Shown here: positions 26,401 through 38,103 of the stretch, one piece after another
Position numbering within the stretch: the stretch's first letter is position 1
How the letters are laid out: each line of letters starts with the position of its first letter
Origin: Calcarisporiella thermophila CBS 279.70
Taxonomy: Eukaryota; Fungi; Calcarisporiellomycota
NCBI RefSeq assembly: GCF_041956535.1
Contig: NW_027192213.1
Coordinates: 432,900 to 496,899, forward strand
Direction of reading: 5' to 3'
Length of the DNA: 64,000 nt
Notes under the pieces: generated by a model
What the model was told of the DNA's origin: nothing
Seen by the model: the letters and a program-made list of their open reading frames with translations, nothing else
The model's database searches: none
Translations under genes and position numbers: made by a program

Positions 26401-27369
26401 TCCTTTAAATCTAAAACCAATTTTGGAGGGGGGGTTAAAACCGTAAATTTATTTACAAATGAGTTTGCCATTACCCATGTGGCACATTGCGCGCCAGTTT
26501 GCGTAGAGGCACGATGCCTCCCGCCAAATCCTGCATCCATTGCTCTTTCTTCTGATCATTGAGGGTCGCGCGACTCGGTGGTTTGAATATTGAAGATCTA
26601 AGTAAGTCATAATTAAGTTAAGCCTGAAAAAATGACTGGCACTCTAAGAGAAGTTACCCCGTAATTCTGTTGGACTCGTGCTTCCTTTTCATCACATCCA
26701 CCATAAAAGTACCCAGCTCGGACATGATTCTGTTATCCTGTATCAAACGGTCGTGGATCATATCATGTGCGCAGATATCCTCATTCTTAACGCAATTTGA
26801 ATTATTATTCAGGGTCGCATCACGACTGAAAGTGATAGAAAAAAAAAACTACAAATACGTACCGGAACAGGCTTTTTATCCACAAATCCATTGCGGACGT
26901 TGTTTTCAGTAAGCTGATCCTCCTCCTGGTTCGATTTTTGAGGAAAAATATCGGGGTAACCTACGCAAAAGGAGATAAGCATTGGCGCATATCATTCACA
27001 GCAGTGGACATATTATCAACAGTGTATTCCATTGGGTCCATCCCGGTTATATCTCCCTCACGTCTAGAATGAGACCTCCTCTCCAAACAATAATAGCAGA
27101 CAATGGTAGAGTAACTCACCCAGTTCCATGCTTTGGTGGAGGGGTAATCGTCTAGGGGGGGGCTGAAGCGAGTATTTCCGAAGAGGGGGTGCAGCTGCCG
27201 AACGAAACGGAGTATATACGGGAGATGGGGATGAGTATGAGTGGGGCGACATAGAGGGGGTTCCATAGTAGGGCTGGTAGCCTCCATGCCCCCCGGTCAC
27301 CTGGGGGTGATATGACGTGCCCATGGCACTGCTGTGCATGCCCGCACCACCACTTATGCCCTTTCGCAT
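20450..27369 (-). CDS. MED12: Mediator kinase-module subunit Med12/Srb8 (many introns)
   Basis: Med12 domain FKPPSRATLNDQKKEQWMQDLAG.IVPLRKLARNVPHG-FKGERLLE.L..RQVPL.RATWYIK; LLCEWATT..RHG.HR; LYGEFIRLGLFS; C-terminal LQPWEWIE and TPISLTIFGAK. Confidence 0.9.
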
Positions 27370-28670
27370 CGCTTCCTCTTCTGAATGCTCAAGACGTGGA
27401 GAATTTAAAATGTACCAAGAATCGGGGATAGATTACGTAAATTTGAACAGCTATTTCAACCAGTGTCTTCTTTCACACGCGTCACTTATGAGCGTTGTGT
27501 AGGATTCAGCATCTTCTGTAGATGGTTTTTAGCTAAATTGAATCGCAGTTCTATGTGACACTATTACGGTTTCTAAGTATTGGGAAGGATTCGATGGCTT
27601 GGATCTCATCAGTGGCTCAGTTGTTCTAGCTTTCAGACATGGCACGGCTGTTGCTCACGTTATTACAAACTCAACCGAGTTAAAAAATAGGCAAAGGGCA
27701 AGATCGCCCTATTGTATAAGCCATTATGGTGCCACGATGTTGAGGCTGTGATTGCCAGCGATGGAGTAAGCCTGGGGACATTGAGCAAACCTGGGCTGTC
27801 ATTGGCAATGCACGGCAAAGAAACCAAGGGAGCAAATATTAACCGCAAGATAACCGTTCAAACCGAGAGGGCTATCTCTTATCCTGAATATCCAGGTGCC
27901 TCATTTAGAATCGGGATACACGTTCCATCTTGGGAAGAATTTCACCCAACTCTAAGTGAGCGTGATGTGAAAGCGCTCCTAAAATAAGCAATCTGAAAGC
28001 TCAAGCTCCGGGAATCCTGGAGAAAATTGGCCTGCTTAGTAACCCCCTAGGCCGGGAATTTCGCCCGAAACTCCGTATAAGATTTGGTCGCGATGAGTAG
28101 CTGTGCAAATTGGGCCGAATCAAGTCTGCCCAGACTAGCTCGTATTGGTTACCTCTAGCGTGAGCACAGGAATGATCACTGCATATATCCTCCAACTTAT
28201 GGATGATTCACCCTAATGTGTCTCTGGAGCCACTCCGATGCCACTCCTCTCATAAGACAATAGCATAGCATGCTGGTGAGGAATCCTGGGAGGCCTTGAG
28301 GGAGCGGGAAAAGCCAAGTGCCTTTTCCATTAGTGAGCTGCGAAACGATGCTTATCTCGACGCCTGTGATCTCTGATCGCCTAAGTTACCCATCCCTCCG
28401 CCCATTAAGCTGGTTTAAGGTTTTGCTAAGTCCGCCTCGGCCAGGTTTCGATAAATTCTACAGTTCCACTGATAGCCTGTGGAACCAAATAAGGAATTAT
28501 TTTCACATTGAAATATAAAGTATATATTAAGACGATATCCACTCTCTCACGTAAGACCAAAATATGCCCGCTTATTTAAATAATAGCCAGCCTTTCCGAT
28601 TTCTTTTATGATTTCACTTGAGCGAATATTCGTGCCTCGGCCAGCCACCCGATTGAACCGCGGATATAAG

Positions 28671-29688
28671 ATGGAGGAGGGGAACACGCATCGTAATGAA
28701 TACGAGGAGGAGAGTGATGTTGAAGGCTCTATAGCTGAGGAGGAGGCGCAACCCTCGCCAATCTATTCCGCCAGGGGCCGATTTCAAATCAGATCCGGGA
28801 GAAAGCGTGTCAACTTCGCAGAGAATCCCGACCTATGTGATAAGCTCACGGTAGGGAATGCCTTTATCCTCATTCGGATTAGAATTGCCTCAAGATGACC
28901 TCAACATTGGAATTGCCCTTCTTTAGAGGCGTCGCCTACAGAATCGTATGGCTCAGCGCGCATTTCGGGAGCGGAAAGAGCAATATATCCTCTATCTTCA
29001 GGGTCGTATCCATGAGCTTGAACAGTGGAAAGCCAAAGCAGAGCGTCTCTTTGAAGAGAACCAGCGGCTAAAAAAGATGCTCTATGGTCCACAAGCCAAA
29101 GAGTGGGAGAATGTGGAAAATCTGGGACTAGAAGCTCGAGAGGATCGAGACGAAGAGAATGTAAACACTCCGGATGAGGTGGAAGATGAGTTTGGAGAGC
29201 AAGAGGACGATACAGAGACGATTGGAAGGTATGGTTTTGAGGAGCTCAGGTACAGGACCGAAGATCGAGAGAATTGTGATTACATTGGGAGCACCATGGA
29301 GAGAAGCAGCATGTATCTCAACTATGGTTCAATGGAGATGCCCTCTTCATCCGGTTCATCCAACCCATCTGCGGCTCTAGACTTGCACCCGATGGCGGGC
29401 AAATATCCCTCGCGAGGTTGGATTCATAGATTCCATTTTTCCGATTTTCAACCATGTCATATATATAAAATGGACTAATCTAGTAGTTTAGGTCACGACC
29501 CTGAGTCGGCTTCCGCAAGCCACGCCACGAATTTTGCCAGACACGAGAATATCCATTCGACATCGAGGGACGCTCTTGGGAGCGAGCTGTCGGTTGAGTT
29601 CCTAGGCGAACATGGCAACCGTGACGACGGTAAATATGAAGATCAAATCATCGAGGAGGCTAGCTTTTTGTTGGAAAAATTTCTTTGA
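28671..29688 (+). CDS. bZIP transcription factor, Yap/AP-1-like basic region (spliced)
   Basis: RRRLQNRMAQRAFRERKEQYILYLQGRIHELE followed by heptad leucines. Confidence 0.82.
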
Positions 29689-30042
29689 ACCTTGATTCTT
29701 GCATGTTCACGTTGTTGGGCTTGTACTTTTACAAAAGATGTACTTGATGAAGCCTCCACTTCATCCATGATCCATGTATACTCTATATCTACTTTAGCAT
29801 TCCATTGATGGTTGGACACTCAAATAGACCCCAACCGTTGTTACCATTAAACTTTGGTCGATTGTCTCATTCAGATTTGTCAAACTGGGGTGTGATCGTG
29901 TCTAATAACCTGAGAAGAAAGCCTGTATTTATAAGCGATTGGAAATAATTTATAGAATAATTTTGAAATATATATAGCCAAGTTGGAAAAATATTTCAAT
30001 AGATAATGAGAACTAGGCGTTCTGTTTTTGTCCTTTCGGAGG

Positions 30043-32130
30043 CTAAACTCTTCGAACAAAAAGCAGGCACGCAAAATTGATCCCTAGCAGGATAGTTAAA
30101 ACTCGAAAGGTCCACTGAATGCCTAATAATCAAGTGAAAAAGCATTAGCCAAGGCCAATGTAGCCATCATGGCTAACCTCGTATACCTTGAGTGTAGGCT
30201 TGAACGGCATCCTCTCGAATGTCGGGATGATGCTTGAGCAATGCATAAGGATCATGCTTGAGGATATCCGAGGGTAAATCTGGATGGCTATCGACAAATG
30301 CCTGAGCAAAATTGTTGACAATACTTCCTCCAATGGCTACGCCAAAGGGGAATCCGATGGTTCGAAAGAATACACTGATTCCAGCCGCCAGTCCAATACT
30401 AAATTTACGGAACAAGAATAGGAATGGATGCACGAGAAAAATACTATCAATAACTGCACTTACTCCTTTGGCTCTGCAGAAAACTGCATTGCCAGAATCA
30501 GATTGACGAAGTTCAACCCCATCCCTACTGCGGTGACGACCATATATCCAATCCGCATACCGCTTGAACTCTCCTTGCCCAATGTGGAGAGCAGCCCCCC
30601 TCCGATGATAAGGAGGACGTGGCCCACCCACAGCGTAGTGCGCAAATGACCCACGTGATGGAGAAGAAAAGTACATGCCAAATCTATTCCCATGGTAATG
30701 ACGAGGAACGGGAGGAGTTGAATGCCAGAGGAAGTGGCCGATATATTGTTCACAATTTGAAAGAGGATAGGGAGCTAATGAAGTAATTGAGGTTAAATTC
30801 CTGTGGTTAATCAGTGAAATCCTCAGCTCAATACGAACGTAGAATATAAAGCCGAACAATGCTATGCCCAGAATAAAGTTGGCGAGACTGTAAATTGCAA
30901 GCTCTCGACTCCGGAATAAATGTAAAGGCAGCACTGGATTAACCGCAATTTTCCCCTCTATCCACACGAAGACTGCAAGCGCCACCGGCGTCAAGCACAA
31001 CAAGACAATGACGGTCGGCGAATTCCACGGCAACATCCCTCCTCCTACACTAATGGCCACCAGAAGAAACACGGTGACCGCAAGAAGTGCCGCGGAGCCT
31101 GCAAAATCAATTCGTTTGAACTTGGAACGCAAAGAGCCGGTAGTCGGAGGGACGCGCAAAAAACACGCGACAAGGGCCATGGACACTATGCCTATGGGAA
31201 TATTGATTAAAAAACCCCAGCGCCAGTTCACAACCTCTGAAAATACTCCTCCCAGAATGGGGCCAATAATGGAGGAAAGCTAAACATGGTTCATCTTCAA
31301 CCACGGCAGCATTTATGGGAAGAATTTATAAAGCAGCTTACCATAAAAATGGAAGTGACCACACTCTGGTAAGTTGAGAGCTGTTTTGGAGGGACGACCT
31401 CTACCATGGGAATACGCAAGCATGTTTAGTACGATGAAAAAAAACAAACTTTTTTAACTTCGCGGGGAAGAGACTTACTAGCTAATGTCACATAAACCAT
31501 CCCTACTACACCGCCTCCTCCTACTCCTTGGAGGGCCCTCATCATGATCAGCCAAATCATGGACTGAGCTGCACTACATAGGCCACTTCCAATAAGAAAA
31601 ATTGTCATGGTCATCAGTATGGTAGGGCGGAGGCCAAATATCTCGGATAAGCTTGCGTAGAGTGGCTGAACTACGGTGAATCTAGAGGGAACGAACTTCT
31701 GGGTCAACTGCAAATCAACCTAGGGATCAACATGGAGAGGAACTAACGATATCTGATAGGCTGCTCCAAGCCAAGAAATTTGCGTAAGAGAGTTGAACTC
31801 TTCGGTGATGTGCGGTGCAGCCGTTGCCACTATCGTCTCATCCAAGTTGGCCATAAAAAAACAAAGCGAAAGCCTACGGCAAGTTAGGTGAGGAGAGAGC
31901 TGGGTTAGCTCACGTAATAATGGTTACTATTGTTGAGCTTGTGGGGAAATATACCCAAAGCTCACGGTGAGCGCCAAAATAGTGGGGAGGTAGGTTGTTT
32001 CTGCCTCCTCAAGTTTTTTATTGCTATGTGTGTTTTTCTCTAGATCGGTGCATGTTGCATCGGATTCCTCCCCCTCAGGAAGTGCAATGGCATCTTTTGT
32101 GTGATCGGGGGTATGGCTGTTTTGTGACAT
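30043..32130 (-). CDS. MFS drug:H+ antiporter (DHA2/14-TM type, spliced)
   Basis: [63 protein letters not shown]; last exon IQWTFRV..FVRRV*. Confidence 0.88.
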
Positions 32131-33826
32131 GAGTGAGATAATTTTCGAAAAGTGAATAGTTGAGGTGCATAACTTGAGGGTTTCTCGTTAATTTATATAA
32201 AGTGAGATTGCTTTAAAAAATTAGCTGTTCATATTGATTTGTCATTAGGGTAAGGAAGCCTAGCATAGGGTATTCCTTTTTTTTTCTGGCTTGCTCTTTA
32301 GTTGTGCAAAAAACTCTATTGACCGTTTCGATTAGGATATCGCCATGGTTCGAGTGTGCTCTTAGGGACTAGGTTCCCCATTCCGGGATAGCAGTCACAA
32401 GTCGGCTGTCAACGCCGTGTAAGGGTTCAGTGGAGGTATTAAAAATTACTCACCCATCTAGTGCGGCTCGTCTTTCGTGGTTTCAGAGGGGAAGATCCCC
32501 TTCTCATGATTCTTACTGAATCGAATAGGAATCGTGTTGAACACCGAGAAAAGCAGTCATTTTTTCGGGAGAGGATTGCCGAAGGTGTCCTAAAAGACAC
32601 GTCATGCCCGAGATCTCTTTCGCGGAGTGCATTTGATCTTGCTGATGCCTCTGAATTATTCCTAAAAATATGTTCAGCCCTGGCGAGCTTGAGCTTGTTG
32701 GAATTGCAGAGGACTTTAGTAGAAGAGTAGAAGAAGCTAATAATAATATTCCACCATGCGCGACACTTTTTTCTGGGATTAAGTTTTTACAACACGCTCA
32801 GACTCGGACTTCACGATACATCTCTTTTCCTCGCGTTTCTTTTTTTTTTTTGGTCAACAAAGGCTCAAAGGCCGACAGAGACAAAGGGCACGGGTTCAGA
32901 TTAACTAGGCTTAGTGTCAACTAGGGTGGCAGAATATCGGCGCCTTCATCGGCCGAGCGGATGCTCAATTCACAATGGAATGAGAATACTAGATGCGAAG
33001 AGATATCTCGCGTTCGCGTTCGTGGTCTCCGGTTATTTTGTGTCCAGCGCGGCTGACACAAAACCTCCTGATTATCTAGATTATCAAAATGGCAGATATT
33101 AAATGGCCACCCTGTTGTTATCACTAAGCTGATATCTTGATCATGAGGTCGGGCGACAAAGTATTGCGTCTCAGAGCGAAAGTGCTGACTTTTAGACGAT
33201 AAGATGGAGTAGGAGAGCTGAGTGAGGCCTTAACGCCCCGGCCGAGGCGGGCGTTCGGACCCCCGAGCGGGATATACTTCTTGCGTAGTGGCAACGAAAC
33301 CTCGCTGAACGGAGTGAAGGAGCAAAAATGCTTAGCATCCAAAATGGTATCCGTGGTGCACGGGGGGGAGGAGGGGTGTAGCCTTGGTGTTCTCCATGTG
33401 CTTTAACGAGACAGTCCAATGGACACTCGTATCACATGGCTGAACGGATTTTGGGATCCCGACACATTTGGTGCGCTACCCTCCCTTCATCCATCGGACG
33501 GCGACCTTGGGGGATGGTCGCTGATGATTTCAGACGTCAAATTCAACCTTCAGAAATGCCTTCGGTTACACCCAGCGAGCCTGCGACTTAGCAAAACGAA
33601 AAGGGCGAGACGATGTTTGGAGCGCGGATGGTCTCTTGTCGCGAGAAAATGACGCGATCCGCCCTCCTATCCATTCTATTGGAGCGACGCGAAAATGGCA
33701 GGATTAATATAAGTCGGAAAGCAAGGATTTTTATTAAAGATAATTTTACACTAGGAACGTATATTTTAGAAAATACAGTCAAAGAAAATCCCACCACCTT
33801 CACATGCACCCTTTTTTTGGAGGGGT

Positions 33827-35265
33827 TTAATTCAATCCGCTACCCTCTGCTTGAATTTTGGTCACCAGTCCTCGAACCGCGTCAATGGTTCCGATGACGG
33901 CACTGAACAATCCGACCACAATGATGAAAGCACACCATGCCAGTTCCAGCCAACTGAATTTCCGCCATCCATATAGCTTAACGTAGAACAGGACGGGAAT
34001 CACGAAGATAAGAGCGCCCTGGGCAACACTACCCAAGATCTCCATGATGCTGTCGAAAAAGCGGACGACGACGGCGATGACCGCGCAAAATGCAATAATC
34101 ACAATGCGGAGGATAGCCCGCAGGAAGAACTCCATACGGGCGGTGCGGTGTTGCCGGTCGATGCGGAGCAATTTTTCCATTTCGAGAGCGAAGGAGGTAA
34201 GGAAGAGGGGAATGGCGAGGAGCACGTGGGCAGTGATGAATACGATGGCGACGGTGCGAGGCCATCCGGGAAGAATGTTATCGTACACGGGGTTTTTTAC
34301 GATGCCACCATAGGCTAGATAGGCGGGAATGGCGATGCCGAAGTAGAGTACAGAGACGGTGATGAGGGCAATGTTGTAGGTCATCGACCACTTCTCGGGC
34401 CTGCGCATGGTGCTCTCCACGTGGGGGTAGATGACATTTCCGCCGTAGGCAAAAGCGAAGGTTGAGAGCGCGATGGGCAGACTCGAGGGGTTGATGGGTA
34501 GGTATTTTGGCTCGTGGACGTGCTTGGCGAAGTCGATCGAGGACATGGTCATCACCACCACCACCGTGACGACGGTGGCGAAAGCGCCGAAGAGACTGAG
34601 GATGGCGACCTCCTTCATGGTCTTGGTGAGGATGTAGGGCACGGCGACGGCTCCGGAGATGATGAAGACCCACGCGCGGTAGCCGATCGTGACGCCGAGC
34701 GGGGTGAGCAGGGTGTTGAAGTTGGAGCCGGAGAGGACGAGGAAGATGATCGGGGCCCCGAGGAGCATGATGTAGTTGGGGACGATGGTGAGGTAGCGGC
34801 CGACCTTGCCGAAGGCGTGCTCGCCGACGTCCTGGAACGTGGAGAGGCGGTGCTCGGGGCCCTTGTAGTACAGGCACTTGATCAGGATGACGCCCGAGTA
34901 CGCCGTCATGATGTGGGCCAGGGCGAGGAGGCCGATCCCGAACCAGCCGCTCTTCTCCACGGCCTGGGGGATGCCCAGGGCTCCTGTGCCGGCCACCGCG
35001 CACACGATGTTCACATACGCCGTCCACGTGGACGCGGTGCGCTCGTGGCCGTGGGCGGCGGAGGGCTTGCCCTCCTCCATGACGACGACGTCCGAGGTGG
35101 TTGAGGAGGATTTTCGGGATGCCACTTCTCTAGTGTATTCGTTGATTTTTTCTGCGCAAAAACAAATACATCATCGTTAGTCATGATGCGCATGTCAAAA
35201 GGCATTTGTCATTTGGCACCATTTGTCACGCCATGCGCAGACTGATGCGTGGCATTGCTTGTCAT
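33827..35265 (-). CDS. Amino-acid transporter, AAAP/Aa_trans (AVT-like); 5' exon uncertain
   Basis: AYVNIVCAVAGTGALGIPQA, FAFAYGGNVIYPHVESTM..P, about 11 TM helices. The main exon ends at an acceptor (CTAAC...GCAG) near 35151; the start codon is tentative. Confidence 0.88.
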
Positions 35266-36143
35266 GTCGAGAATTCGAGAGGTATCTGGGGTGCGGAGGG
35301 AGGGGAGGGGGGGGAGAGAGGGTATTAGGGGGGGGGACTAGCACAACCTCGGGGAAACGGCAGAGAGAGAACGAAAAATAAGGGAGCATGCCCTCGAGCC
35401 CGATGTTTATTTATTGTGCGGGCGGATGTTCGATTCGGCCCGCGGCCATTGGGTGGGGCGATGTCGGGTCGGGACACAGGGCTTTGCGAACCTATCACCA
35501 GGGTGCACTTTGCACTCAGCTCGTTAGTCCCTAAGTCATCCCCTCGACAGCCGTTGCTTGTTCTTGTGATCCAATCTCCCGCCATCTCAGGGGGGTGACG
35601 GATCCCTAAGCACTCCCCAATTTTTGCGCTTGTCCGCGCCCGCCCCTTGCTCAGTCGTTGATCCGACAGACGAGCTGCTCCCTCCCCCCCCCCCCCCCGT
35701 GCTTGTGCTCCTCGACTCAAATCCACGCTCAGACCATTGCACACCGCTCGTTTGGAGCAGCGTGACTGCGTTTCTAAGCGTTGCTTTTGACACTGCATGT
35801 ACAGTGGACGCTTCCATGCGCCGCGCATTTCCGCTTGCCCAGATAAGAGGTGCCGTGCCTCTTCTACACAGAACCAGACTGAGTTTTGCGGTTCTTAGGC
35901 ACGCGACCTCAGGAGAGAGCCTTCTCTTTTCCCGCTCTTGCCCCCACGTGAAGGCTCCTGCAGAGCAGAACTCAAAACTATGAATCCTACCCAAATTGAG
36001 GCCGCCAGGCCAAGCCACCCTCTCTACCCAAAATTTTTTGAAAACATACCACCGCAACTCCCATCCCCAACCCCATTCTCTCCAAATCACCATCATCCCC
36101 AGCCTAATTTAACTACGAAGCTTTTCTACAACACACAGACGGT

Positions 36144-37665
36144 ATGCGGTGGTATCAAAATATATTCAATCCGCGTTATGTGAGCGAAGACGCGCTCGCC
36201 AACCTGCGGCTCTACAAGTACGGCGCGGTGGACCGCTCCTACCTTTCTTACTATGTGCTACGGCACTACTGGAACTGGGCGGCAGAGTGGTTTCCAAGCT
36301 GGATGGCGTAAGTGTGGATTCTGTTCCTTTGATGCGCAGTCGATGAGAGGTCTGATGGATTTCCCCTCCCCTCCCCCCCTTCCTCCTGCCTGCAGGCCCA
36401 ATTTGATCACTCTCATGGGACTAGGCTTTCCTGTTCTCAATCTCATATGTATGCTCGTGCTCACTCCCGATTTGGTGGGACCGGGCGCGCCATGGCTATA
36501 TTACAGGTATTGACTAGGTTGATCTAACCTGGATGACAGCAAGGATTGCTTATGGAATGCCTCTCTTCTAGCTGCTCCTTGGGCCTATGGCTGTACTCGA
36601 CCTTCGACAATGTCGATGGCAAACAAGCGCGTAAGACAGGCACCTCATCGCCACTTGGTGAGCTCTTTGATCACGGATGCGATGCCCTGAACTGCTCCAT
36701 CGGCGCTCTCGTCCAAGCTGGTGCAATGGGGGTCGGACACACGATGTACGCCGCCTTTCTATTGCTTCTGACCATGTTGCCCTTTTATTTGTCCACTTGG
36801 GAGGAATATCACACCGGCGTCCTCTATCTAGGGTTCATGAACGGGCCGACCGAAGGGCTGGTCATTGCCTGTATCTGTATGGCCCTTTCTGGCTATTATG
36901 GTAAGCTTTTTTTTATCCCTTTTCTCCTGTAGCCTGAAGAGCAGGAACCCTCACCCCCTCTCTTGCAGGTCCCCATATTTGGACAGACGACCTTCGGCAG
37001 TTGTTTGGTGAGAAGCTGGTTCCGAGCTATGTGCCCCAGGGTTTCACCATCTTCCACGGCATGATGCTGATGATGACGGTGTTGATGATTTTCTTCCACA
37101 TCCCTGCTTCGTAAATACCTACTCGCCTTGCCCCCCCCCTCCCTCCTAGCCTGTTGATCTCACCCCTACCTATTGCATTCTATCCTTTAGCCTGTACAAC
37201 GTTTACCAGGCGTGCAAGAGCAAAAACAAGCCTTTTCTGCCCGCGACGGCTCAGCTTATCCCAATCACCATTCTTAGTCTCGCAGGCTACCTCTGGCTTG
37301 CCTCCCCCCACTCCTACATCCTCGCCCACCAACACTTTTCCCTGTTTGCCCTCGCCGTTGGCATAGTCTTTGGACGTGTCGCGACCAAAATCATCCTTGC
37401 CCACGTCACTAAGCAACCCTTCCCCATGTTTACCGTCCTGATCCTTCCCCTCATTGGGGGGTGCGTGTTGACCAACCTTCCCCTGTGGTTGGATGTGGAG
37501 CCGCTCTTGACCGCAAGGGGCGAATACTGGTACCTGGTGGGATACTTGATTTTTGCCGCCGTGGCCTATGCTCACTGGGCTCTCCTGGTGATTGATCGTT
37601 TTTGCAAGTACTTGGGCATTTCGTGCTTGACCATCCCCCACACCAAGATCACAAAGACACAGTGA
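36144..37665 (+). CDS. Choline/ethanolamine phosphotransferase (CDP-alcohol phosphatidyltransferase, CPT1/EPT1 family; spliced)
   Basis: LRLYKYGAVDRS, WMAPNLITL, DNVDGKQARKTGTSSPLGELFDHGCD, TWEEYHTGVLYL..NGPTEG. Confidence 0.93.
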
Positions 37666-38103
37666 AAAAAAAAAACGTCCCCAGTTCTCTTTCTTCGTGT
37701 ATTTGGTACATAATTTTCATTTCTATCTTACCAACTCGCTTTCTCTTTCTCTTGCTCCTTCTCCCCCCCTCCTCTTTATATATATATATATATATCTATC
37801 TATTAATACACAGCTTATTGCCGAATGTGAATTGAAATTGTTGTTGTTTATTCCTGCTGTTTATACGCTTCTCATGTCATCCGCCTCAACTCCCTCTGAT
37901 TTTTGCCTATTTTATTATTACTTACTTCGTTCGCCTGCTTCCATGAATGGACTATCGTTTTTCTCTCTACTTGCCATGTGGATATTTATTACATGTGGAC
38001 CGGAAATATACATATCTTATATAATATAATGACGCTATTTTTTTTTTCTTTTCCTCTTAACAAGTTACCGCCGAAATGATGCTGGCGAACAAAAAAGGAG
38101 AGA

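Noticed and set aside
27663-28518. Short ORFs between MED12 and the bZIP gene
   Set aside because: No recognisable motifs or splice-consistent model; most likely divergent promoter DNA.
33211-33350. GGAGAG...GAAGGAGCAA resembling a glycine riboswitch; TTGCGTAGTGGCA resembling the U4 snRNA 5' end
   Set aside because: Lacks the CCGAAG and CTCTCAGG riboswitch cores and the rest of U4; short chance matches.
34278-35104. Long alternative-frame and antisense ORFs over the amino-acid permease
   Set aside because: Expected by-product of extreme GC3, which removes stops in other frames.
37640-38000. CPT1/EPT1 ends in TGA near where animal SELENOI has selenocysteine
   Set aside because: No SECIS-like AUGA..AA..GA hairpin is visible downstream and the read-through is low-complexity; treated as an ordinary stop.
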